Positions 17,219 to 25,331 of a stretch of 28,654 bases of DNA are shown piece after piece. Position 1 is the stretch's first letter, and each line of letters starts with the position of its first letter. Location of the stretch: IMG/VR virus record IMGVR_UViG_3300025070_000167, positions 1 through 28,654 of that record; one strand, 5' to 3'. The notes below the pieces were generated by a model. The model had not been told where the DNA came from and ran no database searches. It was given only the letters and a program-made list of their open reading frames with translations. The translations under genes and the position numbers were made by a program. This DNA comes from a virus (Duplodnaviria; Caudoviricetes).

Positions 17219-18283
17219 ATCGAAATCCTTGTAAATACGGGACAAAATGACATCAACAGTGTTCTGGTAAGTCAACTTGTCTGCCAACTTTTGTCCCTCT
17301 GTGTTAACTTGTCCCACTTTCTTCTCAGCTTGTTCCATCGCCTTGATCACATCATCCTCTTTCCAGTTATAAAAAGTCCCTTGATTAAATGGAGACCCCT
17401 TCTTGAAGAAGACGTTATCGTAACAATCTACTTCTCCCGAAGGCTCAACCAAGATACAATTATCTTCAGTAGCCCAATCTTTATGAGATGTGGCATTAAG
17501 AACAATGCTCCATTTGCCGAGGCAAGTTGCATTAAAAGAAGGGAGATTCCAGCCTTCTGCTCCAGACAGTCCTGTAAGATCAATATCGATTGCATTTAAA
17601 AACTCATTAACTTCAGAATTTTTTTCTAAATGAGGCAAAAAGTTGATATTAGAATATCTCTCTCCGCCTAAAACAGAATTAATAGTCTTATCCATGTCCT
17701 CCTTTTTGTAGAAGGGGTTAGTGACCAAACAAGATAGTTGATACTTTGGATCATTCCCATACTTCTTTAACCAAGCTTGAATAATTCTAGCAGTATGCTT
17801 TCTGTGTTCAAACTTACCCATCAAACCAAAATGGGTGATACCACTCAGGTATTCTTTTTTTGTTTCTTTGAAGTCTTTGTCGAAACCCAATGGGCAGAAT
17901 ACGCCACCAAACAAGTCAGAAGCACAGGAAGAACTAAAGAACGTCTCGTTTTGAGATTCAGAAAGTTTCTTTTCAATGTCTGTCGGTTGGTTGCATTCAT
18001 AAAAGCTTAACAAATATTGTTTACAGTTTTTTCTGTTCTCAGACCCATTTAAATGCCAAATTTTTAAACTTGGTACATCTTCACTAAGATAGTCATGCCT
18101 ATTATTAATGCTGTTTTCTATTTTCTTCTTTAAGTCTTCCTCAATGTCGTAAGCCTTAATATCTACTTGACCTGTTGGCCAAATACCAACGTCATGATCC
18201 CTATCGAAAAGCTCTCGGATAATGTTAAAAGAAACATTACCGAGACTTAACGAGTTGATAGGGGCTTCAACTAAGATCTTCAT
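17210..18283 (-). CDS. GT-B fold (GT4-like) glycosyltransferase
   Basis: GKFEHRKH and SGAEGWNLPSFNATCLGKWSIV match the GT4 GR....K and EGFGLPxxEA motifs. Confidence 0.8.
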   Translation of the reverse strand: MKILVEAPINSLSLGNVSFNIIRELFDRDHDVGIWPTGQVDIKAYDIEEDLKKKIENSINNRHDYLSEDVPSLKIWHLNGSENRKNCKQYLLSFYECNQPTDIEKKLSESQNETFFSSSCASDLFGGVFCPLGFDKDFKETKKEYLSGITHFGLMGKFEHRKHTARIIQAWLKKYGNDPKYQLSCLVTNPFYKKEDMDKTINSVLGGERYSNINFLPHLEKNSEVNEFLNAIDIDLTGLSGAEGWNLPSFNATCLGKWSIVLNATSHKDWATEDNCILVEPSGEVDCYDNVFFKKGSPFNQGTFYNWKEDDVIKAMEQAEKKVGQVNTEGQKLADKLTYQNTVDVILSRIYKDFDLA

Positions 18284-18684
18284 TAAAAGGGAGGCTCATC
18301 GTCAGATCCAAACCCAGCGTTAGCGGTAGGAGTGGCAGTATCAGACCCAGATTTAGAAGATTGACCATCTTCCTTCTTGCCAGAATTTAAGAATTGAATA
18401 TTATTCCCTCTGATAAAATATTTTGATTGAGGTTTGCCAGTATCCTTGTTTTCCCAAGTGTCCATAGCAAGCTCACCAGAGAACACAAACTCACGACCTT
18501 TTGTAAGGTATTTAGATGCGATTTCAGAGAGCTTATCCCAAACCTCAAGATCAATGAAGCATTTGGTTTTGGCGTTGCTTGGAGAGATTCCAACACGGAG
18601 GCGTGTTACCGACTTCCCGCCATTAAGTTGACGAGTCTCTGGATCTTTTACAAGATACCCTACTGATGTAATGCTATTATACAT
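18283..18684 (-). CDS. ssb: Single-stranded DNA-binding protein
   Basis: VGYLVKDPETR, FIDLEVWDKLSE, YLTKG and the acidic C-terminal DDEPPF tail. Confidence 0.95.
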   Translation of the reverse strand: MYNSITSVGYLVKDPETRQLNGGKSVTRLRVGISPSNAKTKCFIDLEVWDKLSEIASKYLTKGREFVFSGELAMDTWENKDTGKPQSKYFIRGNNIQFLNSGKKEDGQSSKSGSDTATPTANAGFGSDDEPPF

Positions 18685-19246
18685 AATTTTCTGATTGCTT
18701 TTTGAATTTCAACAAACACCGATTGTGAATGTTGATTACGCCTTGAATGCTCATATCGAGTGATTTCGCTATCTTCCTCCAAGGTGTAAGCTTATTAGAC
18801 ACGCCATTATAGCGCATGTCAATGATTTTTTCCATTCTTTTGTCTTTTTCTTTTTGCAGAAACGATTTAAACAAAGAAAAGACCTCATAATTTTCATGAA
18901 CTTGTAGGTCACCTTCCGACTGAGGCTGTTTCAAAATATCTTCTAGAGAACATTTTTGAAACTTCTTATTTCTAGTCAATGTGTTCAAACACTTCCATTT
19001 CGCCTCATTAGCTAGATATGTTGCAAATTTAGCACCCCTTGATGAGTCGTACTTCATTACCGAGTTGTATATTGTGAACTCTTTATCCTCAAGAAGAGAG
19101 TCTCTTTCGGCGGTATTCCTACTCCCCGACAAAAATCTATCTACCATGTCGTGGTAAATTCCTGAATGCCTTTCGATTATTTCGACCAGACTGCTGCTGT
19201 CTTGATCCTCTTTAATCCTATCTATTAATTCTTGATCCGTTTCCAT
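18677..19246 (-). CDS. Phage-encoded sigma70-family RNA polymerase sigma factor
   Basis: TDQELI N-terminus, region 2 KYDSSRGAKFATY and region 4 HTH IIDMRY...WRKIAKSLDMSIQGV. Confidence 0.85.
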   Translation of the reverse strand: METDQELIDRIKEDQDSSSLVEIIERHSGIYHDMVDRFLSGSRNTAERDSLLEDKEFTIYNSVMKYDSSRGAKFATYLANEAKWKCLNTLTRNKKFQKCSLEDILKQPQSEGDLQVHENYEVFSLFKSFLQKEKDKRMEKIIDMRYNGVSNKLTPWRKIAKSLDMSIQGVINIHNRCLLKFKKQSENYV

Positions 19247-19263
19247 CTTTTAAAAAATGCCTT

Positions 19264-19303
19264 ATATAATATATAATAATATAATATAATATATAATAAT
19301 ATA
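19264..19303. repeat. Pure A/T 20-bp tandem direct repeat x2
   Basis: ATATAATATATAATAATATA occurs at 19264-19283 and again at 19284-19303. Confidence 0.9.
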
Positions 19304-19388
19304 CGTTTTACTTTACTTATTCGTCGTCTAAGTCAGAAGCCTTTCTTTAAAGGTTACGAATCCTCGCGGAAACAGATCGTATAACGAT

Positions 19389-19416
19389 ATTATACAGGTA
19401 TCGAAAATAGTGTCAA
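19389..19416 (-). promoter_or_regulatory. Consensus sigma70 promoter for the sigma-ssb-GT operon
   Basis: The minus strand reads TTGACA-ctattttcgatacctg(16 nt)-TATAAT, with an A/T-rich UP-like tract upstream (19417-19440). Confidence 0.85.
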
Positions 19417-19485
19417 CAAAAAAAAATCAAAAAATTTTAACTCGACAAGAGACGAATATCAGTTAATAGTGTAACTAACGCTAAC

Positions 19486-20457
19486 ATGATTTTCGAAGAA
19501 CAAATATCGCGGAAGCCTGACCATTATCCTTGGGCAGGAGAGTTTATTGAAGCAATGCACAATGGGTTTTGGACTGATAAAGAATTCAGTTTTACCTCTG
19601 ATTTGCAAGACTTTAACGTGGTATTAAGTGATCAGGAAAAAGAGATTATTGTTAGGACTCTTTCAGCTATTGGACAGATCGAAGTCGCCGTTAAGAAATT
19701 CTGGAGCAAGTTGGGCGACAATCTTCCTCACCCTTCTTTTAGTGATCTTGGATTTGTTATGGCTAATGTTGAAGTTATTCACAATAACGCTTACGAGCGA
19801 CTTTTAGAAGTTCTTGGGCTGGAAGAAGTTTTTGAAGAGAATCTCAAACTTGACTTCATTGAGGGCCGAGTGAACTACCTTCGGAAGTATACCCACAAAT
19901 TCTACAAGAACAGTAAGAAGCAATATGTTTACGCTTTAATCCTATTCACACTTTTTGTAGAGAATGTGTCGCTGTTTTCTCAATTCTACATCATTAACCA
20001 CTTTGCTCGCTTTAAGAATGTTCTTAAAGATACTGATCAACAGGTTAAGTACACCCGCAATGAGGAGAACGTTCACGCTTTAGTTGGAATGAAAATTATC
20101 AACACTATTCGTGAAGAGCATCCTGAGCTTTTTGACGGGGAGTTGGAAGAGCGTATTCTTGACGAAGCTCAACAAGCTTTTAAAGCTGAGAGTAAAATGA
20201 TTGATTGGATGGTTAACGGCATTCAAGAGAAGGGTCTTAGCGCCCCTATCCTAAAAGAATTCATTAAAAATAGGATCAATGATTCTTTACAAAAAATTGG
20301 CTTTAAGCAAGCTTTCGATGTTGACAAAAATCTACTGAAAGATACAATCTGGTTTGAAGAGGAGTTGCTTGGTAACAATGCCACCGACTTCTTTTATTCT
20401 CGACCAGTCGAGTATTCAAAAAATTCACAGACGTTCAACGTAGACGACTTGTTCTAA
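19486..20457 (+). CDS. nrdB: Ribonucleotide reductase class I beta subunit, class Id signature
   Basis: Ferritin-like ligands E66, E96, H99, E159, E194, H197, plus Y103 and K70 (QIEVAVK; EVIHNNAY; ENVSLFSQF; EENVH). Confidence 0.93.
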   Translation: MIFEEQISRKPDHYPWAGEFIEAMHNGFWTDKEFSFTSDLQDFNVVLSDQEKEIIVRTLSAIGQIEVAVKKFWSKLGDNLPHPSFSDLGFVMANVEVIHNNAYERLLEVLGLEEVFEENLKLDFIEGRVNYLRKYTHKFYKNSKKQYVYALILFTLFVENVSLFSQFYIINHFARFKNVLKDTDQQVKYTRNEENVHALVGMKIINTIREEHPELFDGELEERILDEAQQAFKAESKMIDWMVNGIQEKGLSAPILKEFIKNRINDSLQKIGFKQAFDVDKNLLKDTIWFEEELLGNNATDFFYSRPVEYSKNSQTFNVDDLF

Positions 20458-22104
20458 ATGACTAATTACTATTGGCTAAATGATGACTCAAGATTATTTC
20501 TTGAAAGGGGCTATCTAAAAAAAGGTGAGACTCCAGAGCGGAGAATCCGTGATATTGCAGAGACCGCTGAAGTGTATCTCGGTATAAACGGGTTTGCTGA
20601 CAAGTTTGAGGGATATATGAAGCAGGGATTTTATTCCTTAGCTTCCCCTGTTTGGTCTAATTTTGGTCGTGATCGAGGTTTACCCATATCTTGTAATGGA
20701 GTTTATGTTCCTGACAGGATGGATGGCATTTTAGCTAAACAGTCTGAGGTGGGTATGCAGACTAAGCATGGGTCGGGGACTTCCGCTTACTTTGGCGATC
20801 TTCGCGAGCGCGGAGCATCAATCAATTCTGGTGGTGAGTCTTCTGGGGCAGTCCATTTTATGGAACTGTTTGATAAGGTTGCTGCTGTTGTTTCTCAGGG
20901 GAATGTTCGTCGTGGTTCTTTCGCTGCTTATCTCCCTATTGAGCATCCTGATGTAAAAGAGTTTCTTCGCATCAAGAGTGAGGGTAATGCGATTCAAGAC
21001 ATGTCTTTCGCTGTAACCATTACAGATGAATGGATGAAATCAATGATTGGGGGTGACTCTGATAAGCGTCAGATTTGGGCTTTAATCATCAAGAAGAGGT
21101 TTGAAACTGGTTATCCATACTTATTCTTCCAAGATACCGCGAACAATAACGCACCAGAATGTTATCAAGACAAAGACATGAAGATATATGCTTCTAATCT
21201 TTGCAATGAGATTAGCTTACCATCTAAAGAAGATGAGTCTTTTGTTTGTTGTTTATCCTCTTTGAATCTAGTGAGATGGGATGACATTGTAAAGACTGAC
21301 GCTGTTGAGACGTTAGTTGCATTTCTTGATGCAGTGATGGAGGAGTATATCCTAAAAACAAAGCGTATTCCATTCATGGAATCTTCTCATAACTTTGCCA
21401 AGCGTCACAGAGCTTTAGGCATGGGAGTTCTTGGTTGGCACTCTTACCTACAAAGCAAAATGATTGGGTTTGAAAGCATGGAGGCTAAAATGCAGAATAG
21501 TTCTATTTGGAAGACTATCCGTAATCGTGCAGATGAAGCGACAGCAGAATTGTCGCGAGGTTTAGGGGAACCTATGTATTGTGAGGGGTATGGTCGTCGA
21601 AATACTACCACCCTAGCTATCGCTCCAACTACAAGTAGCTCGTTTATCTTGGGTCAGGTTTCTCCATCTATCGAGCCTCTCAATGGTAATTATTTCACCA
21701 AAAATCTTGCCAAAGGAAAATTCACCTTCAAAAATCCTTACCTCAAAAAACTCCTATCTGAAAAGGGTCAGGATAATCAAGAGACTTGGATGAGCATCCT
21801 TGAAACTGGTGGCTCTGTCCAACACTTACTCTTCCTTTCGGACGAAGAGAAAGACATCTTCAAGACCTTCGGGGAAATCAGCCAAAAAGAAATCGTTATT
21901 CAAGCGGCTCAAAGACAAAAGTATATTGACCAAGGGCAATCTCTGAATATCATGGTGGCTCCAAAAATCCCAGCAAAAGAAGTTAGTGAGCTAATGATTT
22001 ATGGCTGGGAAAGCGGATTGAAGGGGTTTTACTACCAAAGAAGCGCTAATCCTAGTCAAGAATTAGCAAGATCTATGATGGAATGTAAATCTTGTGAAGG
22101 TTGA
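20458..22104 (+). CDS. nrdA: Ribonucleotide reductase class I alpha subunit (short, no ATP cone)
   Basis: Motifs PISC, SNLCNEI, AIAPTTSSS, FYYQRS and C-terminal CKSCEG are present. At 548 aa there is no N-terminal ATP cone. Confidence 0.95.
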   Translation: MTNYYWLNDDSRLFLERGYLKKGETPERRIRDIAETAEVYLGINGFADKFEGYMKQGFYSLASPVWSNFGRDRGLPISCNGVYVPDRMDGILAKQSEVGMQTKHGSGTSAYFGDLRERGASINSGGESSGAVHFMELFDKVAAVVSQGNVRRGSFAAYLPIEHPDVKEFLRIKSEGNAIQDMSFAVTITDEWMKSMIGGDSDKRQIWALIIKKRFETGYPYLFFQDTANNNAPECYQDKDMKIYASNLCNEISLPSKEDESFVCCLSSLNLVRWDDIVKTDAVETLVAFLDAVMEEYILKTKRIPFMESSHNFAKRHRALGMGVLGWHSYLQSKMIGFESMEAKMQNSSIWKTIRNRADEATAELSRGLGEPMYCEGYGRRNTTTLAIAPTTSSSFILGQVSPSIEPLNGNYFTKNLAKGKFTFKNPYLKKLLSEKGQDNQETWMSILETGGSVQHLLFLSDEEKDIFKTFGEISQKEIVIQAAQRQKYIDQGQSLNIMVAPKIPAKEVSELMIYGWESGLKGFYYQRSANPSQELARSMMECKSCEG

Positions 22105-22142
22105 TTTCATTTATATCTAAAATAAGTGTAAAGGAAAATACA

Positions 22143-23117
22143 ATGGAGTTGGACTTTTCTAAGAAAATTAAAGAACTTTTAGCGTTAAGTGAAGCCGCAA
22201 AACGTGGTGGACCCAAGAGTGGCGCTCAAACACCAGCTAAACCTTCTGAAAAGAAGAAAGGTTCTAGCAAGAATAAGTCTGGCTCTGCGGGTGGGAAAGG
22301 TGGATCTATTACCTTTTCAGAAAAAGTCGTCACAGCTTTAAAAAACAAAGTTAAAGAGCATAACGATAAACATTCTAAAAAAGTGACTTTAGGTCAACTC
22401 AAGAAAATTTATCGTCGTGGCGCTGGAGCATTCTCTTCTAGCCACCGCCCCGGCAAGACCAGAGGTCAGTGGGCAATGGCCCGTGTAAATACATTCCTCA
22501 AAATGGTCAGGGGAGGCAAGGTGAAAAAGTCTTACCGTGCCGCTGACCAAGACGTAGCAAAAGGCTCTGAAGAGTATTACCTTGAAAAAGAAGGTGAAGC
22601 TTTTGTTGATTTTGCTGATATTGAGTTTGATATCGCCCACCTTGATCTAGTTATGGCTGGAGCTAATGAGTGGGATCAAGATGATTCAACAGAAGATCTT
22701 GAATACACAGAAGCAGAAAAGAAAACTTTAAATAAACCTTTCCGACTAAAAGGCGGGAAAAAGAAGTATGGGGTTTATGTGAAAAACCCAAAGACTGGTA
22801 ATGTGATTATGGTTAAGTTTGGTGACCCTAATATGGAAATCAAACGTGATGACCCAGCTCGTCGTCGCAGCTTTAGAGCTAGACATAAATGTGATACAGC
22901 TAAAGACAAAACGACCCCTCGTTATTGGAGTTGCAGGTTTTGGTCGAAAAAGCCTGTCAGTAAGATGGTTTCTAATGAAGTCCTAGCTTGGGATGAAGAA
23001 GAAGTTTATAGTGAGTGGGTTTGGGATGATGAAGGTTTTGCTGATCATCAAGATTTATTAAATGCTTTTCCTTTCTTAGAGAGCGTCAAAGAAATTGTTG
23101 AAGAAGAAGAGGTTTAG
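22143..23117 (+). CDS. Viral protein with two basic domains and acidic spacers (324 aa)
   Basis: ATG 22143 follows AAGGA. Domain 1 is LKKIYRRGAGAF..SHRPG..RGQWAMARVNTF and domain 2 is LNKPFR...VKFGDP.M.IKRDDPARRRSFRARHKC...YWSC. I recall these as DUF5824-like and DUF6321-like viral domains (unverified). Confidence 0.65.
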   Translation: MELDFSKKIKELLALSEAAKRGGPKSGAQTPAKPSEKKKGSSKNKSGSAGGKGGSITFSEKVVTALKNKVKEHNDKHSKKVTLGQLKKIYRRGAGAFSSSHRPGKTRGQWAMARVNTFLKMVRGGKVKKSYRAADQDVAKGSEEYYLEKEGEAFVDFADIEFDIAHLDLVMAGANEWDQDDSTEDLEYTEAEKKTLNKPFRLKGGKKKYGVYVKNPKTGNVIMVKFGDPNMEIKRDDPARRRSFRARHKCDTAKDKTTPRYWSCRFWSKKPVSKMVSNEVLAWDEEEVYSEWVWDDEGFADHQDLLNAFPFLESVKEIVEEEEV

Positions 23118-23125
23118 GGTATAAT
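23098..23125 (+). promoter_or_regulatory. Sigma70-type promoter, probably leaderless
   Basis: TTGAAG-N16-TATAAT ends 5 nt before ATG 23131. Confidence 0.55.
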
Positions 23126-23130
23126 CATGC

Positions 23131-23874
23131 ATGTCTAGCGTGATTCTGACTTCTTATTTTTCAAAAAAGATACACCCAAATCACCCAAACGATAATCACG
23201 TTGTTGGTCGTGAGAAGGATGGTAGGGTGACTCAGAATAGTATTGAATATATTGAGCCTTGGTATAACTCTGTTCGTGATCTAAATATAGAGGGTAGAGT
23301 CTTCTATGATAATTTATCTGACGAATTTATCGAAGAATACGAGACAGATAAGATTAAATTCATAAAAGTTAATACATCAGACTACTCTAATAACGACTGG
23401 AGATTCTTCTGTTACAAAAAATACTTAGAAGAGAATAAATTTGATTCTATTGTATTATCTGACGGTTCTGATGTTAAAGTGGTAAAAGATCCAAGTGATT
23501 TTGTAGAGTCTGGAAGTTACGACTTTTACGTTTGTAAAGATTCTATAAATTTGAGTATGTTTCCATATTTGGATTTTCATAAAAGTCAAGATTGGGACGA
23601 TTATGTTTCAATGTATTTAAATGCAACTAGATGGCCCCTTATAAACATGGGGGTTTTAGGAGGCTCTTACGAAAACGTCATTGAATTTTTAAATATTTTT
23701 TGCGAAGTTAGATCTGAGATCAGAGAGGTGGATTTTAATGCCAATATGTGGATAGGCCAATATGTTTTTAGGTCTCTACTCAAGAATAAGTCAATAATGA
23801 TTGGGGAGCCTTTTACTAGCGAGTTTAAAAAATACCAAGACGGTAGAAAAGACGTATATTTTATTCATAAATAA
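23131..23874 (+). CDS. Putative GT-A fold glycosyltransferase
   Basis: IVLSDGSDV is a DxD-like motif, followed by INMGVLGG, a pattern seen in GT-A enzymes. It sits in a nucleotide-sugar cluster. Confidence 0.55.
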   Translation: MSSVILTSYFSKKIHPNHPNDNHVVGREKDGRVTQNSIEYIEPWYNSVRDLNIEGRVFYDNLSDEFIEEYETDKIKFIKVNTSDYSNNDWRFFCYKKYLEENKFDSIVLSDGSDVKVVKDPSDFVESGSYDFYVCKDSINLSMFPYLDFHKSQDWDDYVSMYLNATRWPLINMGVLGGSYENVIEFLNIFCEVRSEIREVDFNANMWIGQYVFRSLLKNKSIMIGEPFTSEFKKYQDGRKDVYFIHK

Positions 23875-23901
23875 ATAACCCATTATACAATTTAGCATTA
23901 C

Positions 23902-24501
23902 ATGAAGATTGAAGAAATTAGCGCCAAGTATGGAGCAGCGCATATCGGTAAAAACCTAGATACAGGTAATGAGAACACTGGAGGAGATATGGTTAGACAC
24001 GGGTATGATGTGTTTTACGAAAAACACTTTTCTTCTAAACGAGGCTCAAAAGAAATTACTCTACTAGAGATCGGAGTGTTCAGAGGTGGAGGCTTGGTAA
24101 TATGGTCAGACTACTTTTCAAAAGGTAGAATTTACGGAGTGGATATTGGAATACAGACCTATCTTAGCAATGTAGCATCGTACAAATCTAAAGGCGGTTA
24201 CTCCAATGATAATGTCGTAGTGTGTAAAGGGGATAGTACGAACATATCCACTTGGGATAGCGCAATTAACGAGTTCCCATTAATGGATTTTATTATAGAT
24301 GACGGACTGCATAACCCAGCAGCAAATCAAGCGACTCTTGAGAACTTCTGGGACAAGTTAAAACAAGGAGGCACATATGTAATAGAAGACATTAAGCCAA
24401 ACCATTTAACTCAAGTTAAATCTTATTTAGATAATAGAAACCTTATTTATCAAATATACACGGGAAATCTCGGGGAATCAATAGCATTTATCTCAAAATG
24501 A
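23902..24501 (+). CDS. Class I SAM-dependent methyltransferase (sugar O-methyltransferase-like)
   Basis: Motifs HGY..FYE, LLEIGV..GG, IYGVDI, DFIIDDGLH and LKQGGTYVIEDI. Confidence 0.85.
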   Translation: MKIEEISAKYGAAHIGKNLDTGNENTGGDMVRHGYDVFYEKHFSSKRGSKEITLLEIGVFRGGGLVIWSDYFSKGRIYGVDIGIQTYLSNVASYKSKGGYSNDNVVVCKGDSTNISTWDSAINEFPLMDFIIDDGLHNPAANQATLENFWDKLKQGGTYVIEDIKPNHLTQVKSYLDNRNLIYQIYTGNLGESIAFISK

Positions 24502-25331
24502 AAATACTAGTTACTGGTGGAGCAGGATTCATAGGGTATAATCTTTGTAAAAGACTTATTAAACATGGCTGCGAGTTAGTAAGTGTAGACAATTATTCTA
24601 CTGGCAAAAAAGAAAATGAGATTTCTGGAATTACTTACATTAATGCTGACATCTCAGAATACTGTTTAGATGATGTGGGTGATGATGTAGATGCTGTTTA
24701 CCACTTAGCTGCTTCAGCTAGAATTCAACCATCCTTTATTAATCCTGTTTTGTATGCAAAAAATAATGTTGTTGGTACATTTAATGTTTGTGAGTATTGT
24801 AGGTTAAATAACATCCCGCTTGTTTTTGCTGGTAGTTCTTCTCATCATTCTGGAAAATTTAAAAATCCATACACATTTACAAAAGATCTATCAGAAGAAA
24901 CAGTCGATCTTTATCAAAAGCTCTTCAACATTAAAGCCAGTGTAGCAAGATTCTACAATGTATACGGACCTCATCAATTGGAAGAGGGTGCGGCGACTTT
25001 AATTGGAATATGGGATAAAGCTCGGAGAGAAAACAGGTCGTTTGATATTTATGGAGATGGGTCGAAGCGTAGAGATTTTACTCATGTAGATGATATAGTG
25101 GATGCTTTAATTCTAATCCATAAAAAAAATAAATGGGGTCAAATTTTTGAATTAGGAAGAAGCTGCAATTTTTCTGTGAAAGAGGTCGCAGAAATGTATG
25201 GACAAAAAGAAATTAATTACTATGATGATAGGAAGGGGGAAGCTCAAAACACTCTCTGTGATTCGGATTTAGCTAGAAATCTCTTGGGCTGGAATCCTAC
25301 TAAAAATTTAATTGACTGGATTAATAAATGA
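24498..25331 (+). CDS. NAD-dependent nucleotide-sugar epimerase/dehydratase (extended SDR)
   Basis: Motifs VTGGAGFIG, YTFTK (YxxxK), RFYNVYGP and GDGSKRRDFTHVDD. Confidence 0.92.
   Translation: MKILVTGGAGFIGYNLCKRLIKHGCELVSVDNYSTGKKENEISGITYINADISEYCLDDVGDDVDAVYHLAASARIQPSFINPVLYAKNNVVGTFNVCEYCRLNNIPLVFAGSSSHHSGKFKNPYTFTKDLSEETVDLYQKLFNIKASVARFYNVYGPHQLEEGAATLIGIWDKARRENRSFDIYGDGSKRRDFTHVDDIVDALILIHKKNKWGQIFELGRSCNFSVKEVAEMYGQKEINYYDDRKGEAQNTLCDSDLARNLLGWNPTKNLIDWINK

Noticed and set aside
19262-19303. CRISPR array
   Set aside because: It is two abutting low-complexity A/T units with no spacers and no cas genes.
19417-19485. NrdR box or consensus sigma70 promoter upstream of nrdB
   Set aside because: There is no palindromic ACACwATATwGTGT-like box. 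TCGACA at 19442 lacks a good -10 at 16-18 nt.
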